This document shows positions 39,785-52,140 of a stretch of DNA of 64,000 nucleotides, in pieces; the stretch's first letter is position 1; each line of letters opens with the position of its first letter. The DNA is from Eledone cirrhosa (lineage: Eukaryota). The DNA lies in assembly GCA_964016885.1 (NCBI GenBank), contig OZ024741.1, forward strand, positions 335,668,001 through 335,732,000, given 5' to 3'. A model generated the notes under the pieces. That model made no database searches. It had not been told where the DNA came from and worked only from the letters and a program-made list of their open reading frames with translations. The position numbers and the translations under genes are program-made.

Positions 39785-39975
39785 GGCAGTGGATTGGCAG
39801 TATCGGTAGAGGGTCTAACACCATGCTTTGCAGCATAGAGTTACGCCCCCTTTACAGTCTGAATTCAAATTCCGCCGAGGTTAACTTTGCCTTTCATACT
39901 TACGGGGTTGATAAAATAAAGTACCAGTAATGTACTGGGATAATTGCTGGCCTTGTGCCAGAAATAGAAACAATT
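39785..39975 (+). mobile_element. SINE family B
   Basis: Full-length match to the 51949 copy; (ATT)n tail. Confidence 0.85.
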
Positions 39976-40084
39976 ATTATTATCATTATCATTTGTAATA
40001 CATTTGCTCTGGTAGATGTTATACTGACCCTATACCAAAAGAGTGAGCCATAGCCAATGGTCAAAGGTTCTTTGGGTCATTCTT

Positions 40085-40310
40085 TCTCCTTCAACTTTCT
40101 AACACCCTCCTTAGAATCCTTGCTGTTTCTAGCAAGGCTGTTGTCTGCAACAATCCTGTCCTGATGGTAATTCCTAACTTCTCAAGCCATGCATCCAACC
40201 TTCTACTAACTGCTCCCTGTGCACCAGCCACAATTGGTACCACTTGTATGTGTCTGATTCTTCATAGTTTCCTGGTTTCCCCCTTCAGCTCCTGGTATTT
40301 CTCAGCTTAT
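40085..40310 (-). mobile_element. RLE-type LINE C-terminal relic
   Basis: Minus strand KYQELKGE..QVVPIVAGAQGAV..LGITIRTGLLQ..TARILRRVLE. Confidence 0.7.
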
Positions 40311-40744
40311 TATTGTTATTATTATCAACATCAGCATCTTCTTCCTTCCTTTATATAACACAGCTGTTTGTTTTTACATACATCCTTTACTGCTACTACT
40401 ACTGCTGCTGCTGTTGTTGTTGTACTGGCAAAATGAATTCTCCAATAACAACAACATCATGAAGAACCCCCCTCCCAGTTCAATCTTCCTGTGTTGTCTC
40501 TTTTGAAAAATGGATATAAATGTCAGAGAGATATTGTTAAAGTTTGGTCAGCAAAACAAGGCAGCAGCACTTGTTAATGTTCCTCATTTGTTTTAGAAAA
40601 GTTCAAATTCTAGAAACATGTAAGCAGTGAAGCATTTATTAGAATCTGACAGTGAATTTAGCATTAAAACAGCCAAAATAGAAGAATGAAAACAATAGCA
40701 AAGAAGTGATATTATGTAAATTTGATATTATGTAATTACTATTA

Positions 40745-41330
40745 ATAATGGTTCCTAATATTGGCACAAGGCCAGCAATTTGGGAGGAAGAACAAAATTT
40801 GATTATATCGATTCCCAGTACTTGACTGGTACTATATCTTATCAAAATCAGAAGGATGAAAGGCAAAGCTAACCTTGGCAGGATTTGAACTCAGAATGAA
40901 GAGAAGGCCATAATTCTGTGCCACAAAGAATGACATCTGACCCTCTACCAATACTGCTACTCTGCTACTATTACCATTAATAATTGTTTCTACTTTTGGT
41001 ACAAGGCCAGCAATTATACCAGTGTATTACTGGTACTTTATTTTATCGACCCCGTAAGGATGAAAGGCAAAGTTAACCTCGGCGGGATTTGAACTCAGAC
41101 CATAAAGGGGCGTAACTCTATGCTGCAAAGCATAGCATCAGACCCTCTACCGATACTGCCAATAGTTCCTAATATTAGCTCAAGGCCAGCAATTTGGGAA
41201 GAAGAACAGGCATTTGATTATATTAATTTCCAGTACATGACTGGTACTTTACCTTACCAAAATGAAATGGATAAATGGCAACGCTAATCTTGGCAGGATT
41301 TGAACTTATGTAAAGAGCTATGACAAATGC
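40745..41330 (-). mobile_element. Cluster of three SINE family B copies
   Basis: Repeated family B motifs. Confidence 0.8.
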
Positions 41331-41509
41331 TGCTAGCTATTTGTTTCACTCTTTAATCATTCTCCTAATATCATGTTCTTTTAGTTTTTGCTTTTTATTC
41401 AGAATAGACTCACCGTGACCTTTCACACACTAAGGGTGCATTTTAGTGTGTCACCAACACACAAACACACACACACACACACACACACATATATTATATA
41501 TATATATAC

Positions 41510-41728
41510 TTCGTTTTTTAATTTGTTTTGCAAGATTTCTTATCTGAAAACGTGTGTTGAAACCGATATTGTTATAGTTTGGGAGGGTCATGCTGCCAAT
41601 AAAAACACATGCACCTTTTGGTTTTCCTTCAATTTATGATAAATTTCAATTTATTTATAAATTGAAGTGAAAACCATCAGGAGTGTGTGTTTTATTGGCA
41701 GCATGACCCTCCCAAAACATAACTATAT
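41510..41728 (-). mobile_element. Fold-back element, family B, short copy
   Basis: Homologous to the reverse complement of 14920-15049. Diverged ~70-bp inverted arms; TA flanks. Confidence 0.75.
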
Positions 41729-41756
41729 GTATATATATATTTATAGTAGTAGTAAA

Positions 41757-42110
41757 GGTGTAATTGTATTGCGTTCATGGGCGGTATGCCAAGATGAGCA
41801 CTCAATGCTATCGGGGAGCAGAACACATATCTGAGGAGCTTTCAATTCCAGAATCCAGAACGAACATAATGGATCGTTCCTCGGGCTGATCAGCAGTGAA
41901 ACTCTGCGATTTCAGGGTCAGGTTTGATCATTACATCGATTGTGCCTCTAGCTGGTCGCCAGAGAAACGATTGTAATATGTCTAATAAATTTTATTTGTC
42001 GCAACACTGATTCTCAGTTTCTTATGTGATATCATACTCTGCTCTGTAAGAGCATCGAGTGCTCTAATGGCCTACCGCTTATGTATGCTTTAAGCATCTC
42101 ACACTAATTA
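41757..42110 (+). mobile_element. Fold-back element, family E, with a hammerhead-like motif carrying a long stem II insert
   Basis: ACATAT-CTGAGGA (41831)...GAAAC GATT GTA-ATATGT (to 41981), then AATAAA. 41760-41825 is a diverged inverted copy of about 42035-42100. Confidence 0.6.
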
Positions 42111-42914
42111 TATATATATATATATATATATAGTAGTAGTAGTAGTAGTTGTAATAATAAATACAAAGACCAACATCCAGAGAGGCTCTGATGAGAGTTT
42201 TATGTAAATCATCATCATCACCGTTTAACACACGCATGTTACCACTTCCCCTAAGGTGCCATGCAAGGGGAACTGAACTCAGAAGCATGTGGTTATGAAG
42301 TGAACTCTTTAACCATGTAGCTATAGTTGTGTCAATGATGATAAATTCAATAAAACTGCAAAACATGAATAGAGAGTATGCTTAGTTTATGCTAACGTTG
42401 GGCTTTAATGTAAACATTTAATAGACTCTGCTAACAACAAACATAACAGCCTGTCTTAGACTTCCAAATAAAATGTTTAATGATGCAATGTTTAGACTGT
42501 ACTACGAATAATTCTGAAAAACAAACAAAATAACAACAAAAAACAAAATAATATGGTATAACTTCAATATTTACTATGACTGCTTCAGTGTTTGGAAAAC
42601 TATAGCTTTCTTTTTATATATTTATTTTTTCATGTATTATTATTATTGTTTTTTTGTTATTTTTGTTGTTATTATTAGTAGTAGTATTGTTATTATTATT
42701 GTTGTTATTATCTGATATCGCCCCCCCCCCCCTTCCCCTTGAAAAAAAATGTTCATTGACATATCAGTGAAATTCTTCATGTTACTGCTAAAACAATATT
42801 CTTTACAGTAGCCAAGTTTTAATTTCTCTGCTGAATGATATTAACATCTTATTGAATCAATATTTGTTGGCAATGTTCTCTTTTACTGTGAGATATTACT
42901 GATAATAATAATGA

Positions 42915-43955
42915 TAATTTCTTTATTAGCTACACAGGGCTGACATTAAGCAAACAATAAAAACAGTACAGTATGATGCAGTGTGAATTTTTGTGTGTAA
43001 AAAAAAAGGGTTATAACAAAAAATGAAAAAAAAAACATTTAAAAGATTAAATAAAACAAATCTCCCAGTGGGAAGCGGGTAGAAATCTCTGAGGGTCACT
43101 CGTGGAGAGAGTCCACAAAAAGCCATGGTCCTCCTGGTTGCTTGGGCAAGTACCCCCTCCCAGTTGTCCTCCACAAATTTACATGTGCATGCTCAGAGCA
43201 GCCCATTTACTTGTGGGCATGCTTTGGCACTCTCACCTTTCAACCTTTCAACGAACTGGTTGAAAGGTAGCACTTACATGTCCACCTTGATTTTTCTCTT
43301 CAAGTGAAACCTGAAAAAGTTAATCAGGGCTTTGCCAAAGAGGAACATACTTGTTTTCAACCCTTTCAAATGCGTCCACCACACCACCCTTTCTCCATGT
43401 TCACAAGGCATATGAAAACTGCCTGTAATTCTTGGCTGAAGGAAGATGGTGGGGCACTCTTCACGGTGGATTCATTTGATAACTGGATCCATCCTACGTG
43501 TAATACTCAGACACTGGATGAATACATGCAGGATGATTTCATCACACTATGTGCATCTTGGACAGGCCTAGCTGATGGCACTTCCATGCCTGTAGATTTT
43601 ATCTCAAACTTGCATTACTCTCTGGTAGCCAGAGATTTTTGGACGTTATCCATGGACCCTGAGTCAAATGTCCTCTGGAAAAGCAAGGCAAATTGATTTT
43701 TGTCAATGCCCAGTTTCTCGCTAAGAATGTTGTTGCTTTTACTAATCCTCTATTAGAACACCAAGGTGGCATTTCAACTGGTCATACTGCCTGATTATCA
43801 GAGAGCTGTGAGCATTTGAAGGTATCTAGTTTCCAAGCACTCCTTCCCGATCATTGTTTGACCAAGTACTGCAGTTCGGACAAGGAGACTAGTTGGGAAA
43901 ACAGGTGGCTAGTGAATAATGACCACATCTGTTTATCTTCAAGAAAAATCTGGAA
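42915..43955 (-). mobile_element. Degraded L1/Tx1-like LINE 3' end
   Basis: Minus strand ACPRCT*CDEIILHVFIQC (CCHC knuckle). 3'UTR ends AATAAA plus (ATT)n. Confidence 0.6.
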
Positions 43956-43964
43956 ATAATAGTA

Positions 43965-44968
43965 ATAATTGTTTCTACTTTTGGCACAAGGCCAGCAATT
44001 ACCCAGTGCATTACTGGTACTTTATTTTATCGAGCCCGTAAGGATGAAAGGCAAAGTAAACCTCGGCGAGAAATAATAGTAATAATAATAATTGTTTCTA
44101 CTTTTAGCATAAAGTCAGAAATTTGTAGGGAATGGGAAAATCGTTTAAGTCAACCCCAGTGCATTGCTGGTACTTTATTTTATAGATCCCATAAAGATGA
44201 AAGGCAAAGCTAACCATGGCAGAATTTGAACTCAGAACGTAGGAAGTTGTTACTAAATGCCAGAAAGCATGTTGTCAGACACTCTAGTAATACTGCCAAT
44301 TTAGAAGTCTTTGATGATGATAATGATGATTATTATTATTTAGGCACAAGGTTAACTTTGTCTTTCATCTTATGGGGTAGATAAAATAAAGTACCAGTAA
44401 TGCACTGGGTAATTGCTGGCCTTGTGCAGAAACAATTATTATTTAGGCACAAGGCCAACAATTTGGAGGAGAGGAAAGTCGATTAAATCAACCCCTGTGT
44501 GTTACTGGTACTTTATTTTATCGATCCAATAAGGATTAAAGGCAAAGCTATATATAATAATAATGGTTTCTGCTTTAGGCACAAGGCCAATAATTTCGGC
44601 AGAGGGGAAAGTCAATTAAATTGATCCCAGTGTGTTACTGGTGCTTTATTTCATTAACCCCCATAAGGATGAAAGGCAAAGCATTTGAACTCAGAACCTA
44701 AAGGGCTGTAACTCTATACTGTGAAGCATGGTATCTGATACTCTACCGATACTGCCAATCCACCACCCCATAATAATAATTGTTTCTACTTTTTGGTACA
44801 AGGCCAGCAATTACCCAGTACATTACTGGTACTTTATTTTATCAACCCCGTAAAGATGAAAGGCAAAGTTAACCTCGGCGGGATTTGAACTCAGAATGGC
44901 AAGGGCCGTAACTCTATGCATCAAAGCATGGCGTCCGACCCTCTACTGGTACTGCAAATCCACCACCC
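43965..44968 (-). mobile_element. Cluster of about 6 SINE family B copies or fragments
   Basis: Repeated family B motifs separated by (AAT)n; one fragment is inverted (44350-44440). Confidence 0.8.
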
Positions 44969-45316
44969 CATAATAATAATAGATATAAAATATAATTCGG
45001 AAGCTACTGTAGGAATCCAAATAAGTGAACATCGAATGTTGTGTGGTCTGAGTGACTTACTCAGGGAGACAATAGCCTTGAATGTTCCCACAGAGATTGT
45101 ACAGTGTTTCATAAATAACAGCTATAGATAGGGTTGATAAGAATATATAGGGAAGGTCATGTGATTTCCAACTAAAAAGAAATATATCTCTGAAAAATTA
45201 AAATGTTCTACTCCTCCTTCCACCCAATGTCTTATGTCTTTCTCCTTACCCATTCTATCACTGAGGAACAACAAAAATAAAAACATTTAAAGAAATATAT
45301 ATATATATATATATGT

Positions 45317-45451
45317 ATAATGAAGGAAATGTGGTAAGGAACCAGGTGGACCATAACGCACCAAAGTACTCAATACTTGGGGTAGTAGAGTGGGTAATAG
45401 GAACCAGTAAGACCCCGGGGGTCTTACTGGTTCCTATTACCCACTCTACTA
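45317..45451 (-). mobile_element. Fold-back element, family C, second copy
   Basis: Perfect 34-bp arms at 45383-45416 and 45418-45451. Tail is homologous to the reverse complement of 25181-25280. Confidence 0.8.
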
Positions 45452-45663
45452 TATATATATATATAAAATATTAAAAAAATAATGAATAAAACAATGAAAC
45501 AGTTCCTTATATTAAACAAAAAAAGTTCATTATTTAACGATCGTTTCTAGGATATATATGTGTTAGAATTGGCATGCATATTCAACAGATCTATGTACAA
45601 AATTATACAAAATCAGTTCTTCATACGGATTGGACACTACTGTAAACTCTTGGTAGATTTATC

Positions 45664-45717
<54 letters not shown>

Positions 45718-45757
45718 TATATACATGTATATATGTGTATGTGTGTGTATATATATA

Positions 45758-45793
<36 letters not shown>

Positions 45794-45961
45794 CACACAC
45801 TTATATACATCTATATATATATGTGTATGTGTGTATATATATATATATATACATGTGTGTGTGTGTATATATATATATATATACATTCACATACATATGT
45901 GTGTGTGCATGCATAGATATGTATGTGAGTGTAAAGATATGTATATATTTGTGTATGTGTA

Positions 45962-46014
<53 letters not shown>

Positions 46015-46533
46015 TAAAGTTGTTTTCCCTGATAAACAATTTTATTTCATTTATTTCAAGTCTTTTATCTTCTTGGTGAGGTTGGTGGGATGAGAGGTAT
46101 GGGAATGTATTTAGATGGAATATTTGGCAATTTCTGTTTGATAAGCTTTCATCATTCTTACCATTTTGTCATCTATTTTTTTTTTACTGCTGGTTTTGGC
46201 TGGCTGGCTGGCTGGCATACACACATCTCTCTCTCTTTGTGTGTGTATATATATATATATATATAAAGTTTGGTTGATTTAGAAAAAATTTATGAAATTT
46301 GAAATTATGTTCACCATAATGCAGATAACTATAGTAGTAGTTAACTAAATTGGCGAAATATCTCGGGTGATGGAAAAAAAAGTATTATCCTCTATTATTA
46401 CAGTTATCAACATTAGGGCTAATATATTATCAAATGTGAGACAGTTTATAGTTTAAGATATCTTTGTCTTCATATTTTAACTTTTAACGTCCTGTACCAT
46501 ATGAAATTGCATTAGAAAGACATAGTGTGTAAT

Positions 46534-46568
<35 letters not shown>

Positions 46569-47322
46569 AAGGATAAAGTTATGTATACAAAGGAAAGAAT
46601 CAGGGGTTTAATTCTTCTCATTGTCCGATATTCTGAAAAAGACTTTTGAGTTTTAAAACAGGTATTTATTTCACAAAGGTAATTTACTTTAGAAAGAAAA
46701 TAAAAAAAAACATCTTAAAACATTTCTTTAATATAGTTACATGTTTTAATTTTTTTATCAACATTTATTTACAATTTTGAATGTAAATAATGTTTGCCAA
46801 ATAATTACCCCTTTTAAAGATATATCCCCCCCCCCCCCCCCGAAAATTTTAACAATATTTTTTTATTATTTCATTTCATTCTCCGAATGAGTGGTGAATT
46901 AGCAGAACTGTTAGATCACCAGACAAAATACTTTGCAGCATTTGTTTTGGTTCTTTAGGTTCAAATTTTGCCATGGTCAACTCTGCCTTTCACTCTTCTG
47001 AGGATTTATAAAATGCCTGTAAAGTACTGGGAGGGATATAATCAACTTTCTGCCTCCTTGCAAATTGCTGGCCTTGCGCCTAAACTAAAACTCAATATTT
47101 TATTCTTAAAAACTATAAATAAATGTTAACTAAGAAAAGTTTTTAGTATTTTTTCCCGAAGTATATGTTAAATTTCTTGAAGTTGTCAATGTTCCCATAA
47201 TCTTTGTTAACTTAAAATTTGTTCTGATAAGCATTTGTGATTGTCATTTTTGGTCTTAGGACCCAAACTCATCAAATGATATATGTGGTGATTATATAAA
47301 AAAACGCTAGAAAAAAACATAA

Positions 47323-47700
47323 TTACTGTATATACTTGTATATAAGTTACACCTCCATTTTATATGCAACATATATGATGTTCTGTATATTTTGAAATGA
47401 GGTTTTGGAGCTCCAGTAAATACTGTATATATTTGAATATAAGCCAATAAGAATATAAGCCAACCTCACTATATTGTCTGTGAAATGAGCAAAAATCCCA
47501 ACCTTATTTACGTAGAATTTGGAGCTGGTGAAAATAAAAATATTGACCCCAAATATAAGTACCCCCCTCCACATCTACCATCAATATATTGGTCACATAT
47601 TCTTCGGCTTATATTCGAGTACATATAGTGAGTCATATGCTGAATTTTCCTGTCATATTTTCATTAAAAATGGGTGTGACTTATACACGCGTATAAACAT
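47323..47700. mobile_element. Nested pogo/Tigger-like MITEs
   Basis: Outer TACTGTATATACTTGTATATAAG...CTTATACACGCGTATA. Inner TACTGTATATATTTGAATATAAGCC...GGCTTATATTCGAGTACATA at 47421-47627. Confidence 0.55.
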
Positions 47701-48757
47701 ATATGTATACACACACACACACATATATATAGGGTAATTTTTCTGCATTTGTGAAATTAGCCTTTGAAGCTTTCTCTTTGTGGGTGAGCATATGACTGAT
47801 ACTTTTAGATTTTAAATGCTTGTTTCATGCTACATACATACATATATGTGAGTGTGTGACTGTGTGTGTCAATGTGTATATATACATGTATATGTGTTTA
47901 TAATTTCTCTCTATATATATACACACATGTATATATACACACACACAATTTTTATATATACGCTCATATACATACATATGTGTGTATATATACATATATT
48001 TACACATACACAAACATAATTTCTATATATACACTCATGTACATACATGTATTTGTGAATATATATATATATATATATTTACACATGCACAAACATATAC
48101 AATTTCTCTATTTACACTCATGTACATACATATGTATATGTTTACATGCATACACATACACACACACATGCACACACACCGGCACACATACATGCAAACA
48201 TATATAAGAAGCATTTTACTTGTATTAAATGAAAAGACAAAAACAACAACAAAACAATACTTTTGTTAAGTTAGTCTTAATGCACTTTCTAGATGGAATT
48301 TATTTCAAATGATCTGATCTGACCGTCATGTAGCTACTGATTAAAAAGGCAACATATAGAGAGGATTAACAGTTAAGTGCTCCAACAAAGCAGAATTGGA
48401 TGCATTTAAGTCTGTTGAATTTCTTGTTTCGTTTTAAATATTTTATATTGTTTTACAAACAGTTGTATTAACTGAAAAATGTCCTTTATTCTATCTTGAG
48501 CTTCAGTATAGGCTTACAGTTTTGAAATATTCATTCTGAAATTATGCTGCATACACACACACACACAGCAAAAACCTCAACTATATTGACATACATATCT
48601 TACAGCTTTATATTGTTAGTGTGGAGTTTTTTCATGTAATCTAAAAACACCCTCAGTGTATTACATAGGAGTGCAAAATTTATATTTACTCACAATTATT
48701 GCAGTAAATATCCAAACAGTATATAATTATGTGATTATAATGTTTAGTTCTTACATT

Positions 48758-48894
48758 CAGGGCCATATTTAGACCTTGGGGAGTCCAGGGCAGTTCAGGT
48801 TTGGGGGTCCCAAGGTTGTTCCTAGAGGGTGCCCTGTTTGACAAAAGGTGCCCAGGGTATTCACCCCCTTTGCCCCCTGATAAATTTGGCCCTG
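48758..48894. mobile_element. hAT MITE
   Basis: TIR CAGGGCC...GGCCCTG with a perfect 8-bp TSD CTTACATT. Confidence 0.85.
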
Positions 48895-48900
48895 CTTACA

Positions 48901-48993
48901 TTAACCCTTTAGAATTTACATTATTCTATATATACTATTATATTTACTAATGTATTTTCATGGTAAAGGCTGGTTTAAATGCTAAAGGGTTAA
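48901..48993. mobile_element. piggyBac-like MITE
   Basis: TTAA-CCCTTTAG...CTAAAGGG-TTAA. Confidence 0.65.
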
Positions 48994-49397
48994 ATATTTA
49001 GTAAGATTCATCAAAGAGCTTAATGAATTTGCATGAACTTATTTAAACTACTGATATGATGTGTGCAACCCATGCAAGCATGGAAAAGCAGCATAAAAAT
49101 GTGGATGGGGATGATGATCTCTAATACTGAACTGTAAATGTCCACTGAAAGTGCAGTAGAATATTGGGTTAACTATATTGCTTTTCTGAAAAACTTTATT
49201 GGTTGTGTTACTTTTTTCAGAAATACTTCAAGATTTTGTCTATAAATTAACCTAGTGTAATGCTCTTCTCTGAATTATGTGTTGCAAGATGCAGTCTCAC
49301 CATATTTAAAGTACTGTAATTTTTTGAATAATCTCTGAAACTTGTATGAATCAAGTTCAAAATTTCAAGTATTTTCTTAAAAATATAATATGGGTTT

Positions 49398-49990
49398 GTG
49401 GTTATAATGTATCCGGAAAAATTACTGGATAGATTTGAGAGATCACAGGTCCGATATTATGGACATGTAGTTATAATGTCTCAGGAAAGAATCACTGGAC
49501 AAATTTGAGAGATCACAGGTCCGATATTATGGACATGTAGTTATAATGTCTCAGGAAAGAATCACTGGACAAATTTGAGAGATCACAGGTCCGATATTAT
49601 GGACATGTAGTTATAATGTCTCAGGAAAGAATCACTGGACAAATTTGAGAGATCACAGGTCCGATATTATGGACATGTAGTTATAATGTCTCAGGAAAGA
49701 ATCACTGGACAGATTTGAGAGATCACAGGTCCGATATTACAGACATGTGGTTATAATGTCAGGAAAGGATCACTGGATAGATTTTACGAGCAAAACCAAC
49801 CAGCAGGAGACCCAGGGGCAAACCCCGAGCAAGATGGTTAGATAACATCTATGAGCTCAGCTGGTCTCGCTTGGGGATCCATATGGATCAATTAAAGATG
49901 GTTGCTTCTGACAGGACCCACTTGAAGAAGTATTTGAGGACTTGGTCACCACAACCTTCCCAGGAATAAGTGGGCAAAGAAGGTTAAATT
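49398..49990 (+). repeat. 70-bp tandem repeat (about 5.5 copies) inside an RTE LINE 3' relic
   Basis: GATCACAGG at 49441, 49511, 49581, 49651 and 49721. Unit reads ERSQVRYYGHVVIMSQER and continues into RRPRGKPRARWLDNI. Confidence 0.85.
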
Positions 49991-50014
49991 TCAATTAAAT
50001 TGTATATGCTTGCA

Positions 50015-50064
<50 letters not shown>

Positions 50065-51251
50065 CAAAAGTACGGGGAAGAGGGAGAGAGTGATAGACTC
50101 CACACCTCAATCTAAGGGGTATATCTCAGTTGTACCTTTTAGACAAAATGGTGAAAGCATTGCTGCAGAGAACAGCTATGATGGTGATGGTTGCTTCTGA
50201 CAGTGCCATCTGGAAGGTATGTCTGAGGACTCTTCCCTTCTCAGGAATAAGTAGGCAAAGATGAAGAAGAAAAAGAAGGGGTCCTTAGTAGTGGAAAGGT
50301 TTGGAACCACTGATGTAGATAGATAGATACATAAATAGATAGATCGATGGATGGATAGACAGACAGAAGTAGGTAGATAGATAGATAGATAGAAGTAGAC
50401 AGATAGATGATAGATATTCATTGAACCAAATAAAAGAACATTTTTGTTATGTTAGTAAACACATTTTACATGCTTGTATCTCATTTTTGAGAATAGGAAC
50501 ACTGTATTCCTGTGTGCCATTTTATGTGGGTATCATACATTTTCAGTTAGCGTATGTGACAACTTTGAATATATGAATATATTTGTAATATTGCAAAAAA
50601 AAAAAAAAAAAAAATGACAGAAGACTTAATAATTCCACCATATCTTTGAGAGCATCAAGGAGAGTTTTCATATCCTCACATTTGTTCTCAAATAGGTTAA
50701 TCTGACTGTGTTGTTATATTTATAGAAAGCCATATTTAATTTTTTTGAATGATTCTGTCATCTTCTACTTGTTTATGTAGATCTAAAATGGATAATTTTC
50801 TATGATGCTTTCTTATTTTATTCATAAGTAATTTTGTACACATCATTTGTTTTCCGATAAATATTTTTTTAATTTATTTTGTTTCCATTCTTGAGATCTT
50901 TCTTGAATGGTAATGTTGTTTACATTTTTGTTTGTGAAATTCGTCTTTTCATGAGTTTTGGATTTCTAGTATTGTATTTACTTTGAAATTTATGAAAATA
51001 TTTCTTTTATACTAAAGAGAGTTCATATTAGTTCAGTGAAACAATTCTCATGGTTAGGCCCTTGTCTTTCACCTGAGAGTTAGAAAGAGAAAGAAAATGG
51101 TGTTGTCACTTGCAATGTAGGCAAATAATGCATGTTGCTTGAGAGTAACTATGAGATGTCCCATAACATTTATACTTGCACACAACTCAGACAACACCAA
51201 CACTACCACCACCACTTTCTCTCTCCCTTTTGCTTGCTCTCAGACAAAATA

Positions 51252-51632
51252 TACAGTGTTTCCTCTATTATAAGAACTACTAAAAAAATAAGCTCTACCA
51301 TGATATTTATATTGCTGTCCAATATAAACCCTACCCCCAAAATAAGCCCTAGCATATTTTTGTGAGAAAACTTAATATAAAATATATGAAGCACAGATTT
51401 CCAGTCTTGCTGATTACTAATATAATAAATTCTTTTAATGATATTGTTTTTAACTCTATAATATATATCCTTTATTTTGATAAATTAAGACATATGATAC
51501 TTTTATTAACATTTTTGTGCTTTCTTTTTGTATAAAAATATAAGCCCTTCCCGGAAAATAAGACCTAGCACCATTTTTTTTTTGGGGGGGGGGATACTAT
51601 AAGACCTGTCTTATAATAGGGGAAACGTGGTA
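51252..51632. mobile_element. pogo/Tigger-like MITE with subterminal AAAATAAGCCCT repeats
   Basis: Imperfect TIRs TACAGTGTTTCCTCTATTATAAGA / TCTTATAATAGGGGAAACGTGGTA. Confidence 0.65.
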
Positions 51633-51948
51633 TGTGCCTGAAGTATTAGATTCTTTATTCCGCACAGCAACTGAACCCATATAACTCTTCTATAACAGTT
51701 TCGTAATGACTAACTATTACTGACACAGGACATTACCATGTTCCTCAACATTCTTCAGTTTACCTTTTTTCCTTTTTACAATTTTAGTTGATCCTCAGAT
51801 GTGTGTCTGTGTGTATATCATGACTCATACACTATTCACTTTCCTGACTTTTGTACATTATTCTATGTACTATACATGCACCTTTGATGAATGTAGTTAA
51901 CCTGAGCATTATACTCAATAATTTTCATTATTATTTATAACTCAATTA

Positions 51949-52140
51949 GGGCGGTGGATTGGCAGTATTGGTAGAGGGTCGGATGCCATGCTTTGATGCA
52001 TAGAGTTACGTCCCTTGCCATTCTGAGTTCAAATGCCGCCGAGGTTAACTTTGCCTTTCATCCTTACGGGGTCGATAAAATAAAGTACCAGTAATACACT
52101 GGTATAATTGCTGGCCTTGTGCCAAAAGTAGAAACAATTA
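51949..52140 (+). mobile_element. SINE family B reference copy (tRNA-like head, Nin-like domain)
   Basis: GGGCGGTGGATTGGCAG...GAGTTCAAATGCC...GCCTTTCATCCTTACGGGGTCGATAAAATAAAGTACCAG. TSD TTTATAACTCAATTA (at least 15 bp). Confidence 0.9.

Noticed and set aside
43304-43696. 130-aa plus-strand ORF
   Set aside because: Antisense to a degraded L1/Tx1-like fragment.
50143-50217. Apparent AG...GT exon
   Set aside because: Overlaps a LINE 3'-end relic similar to 49898-49985.
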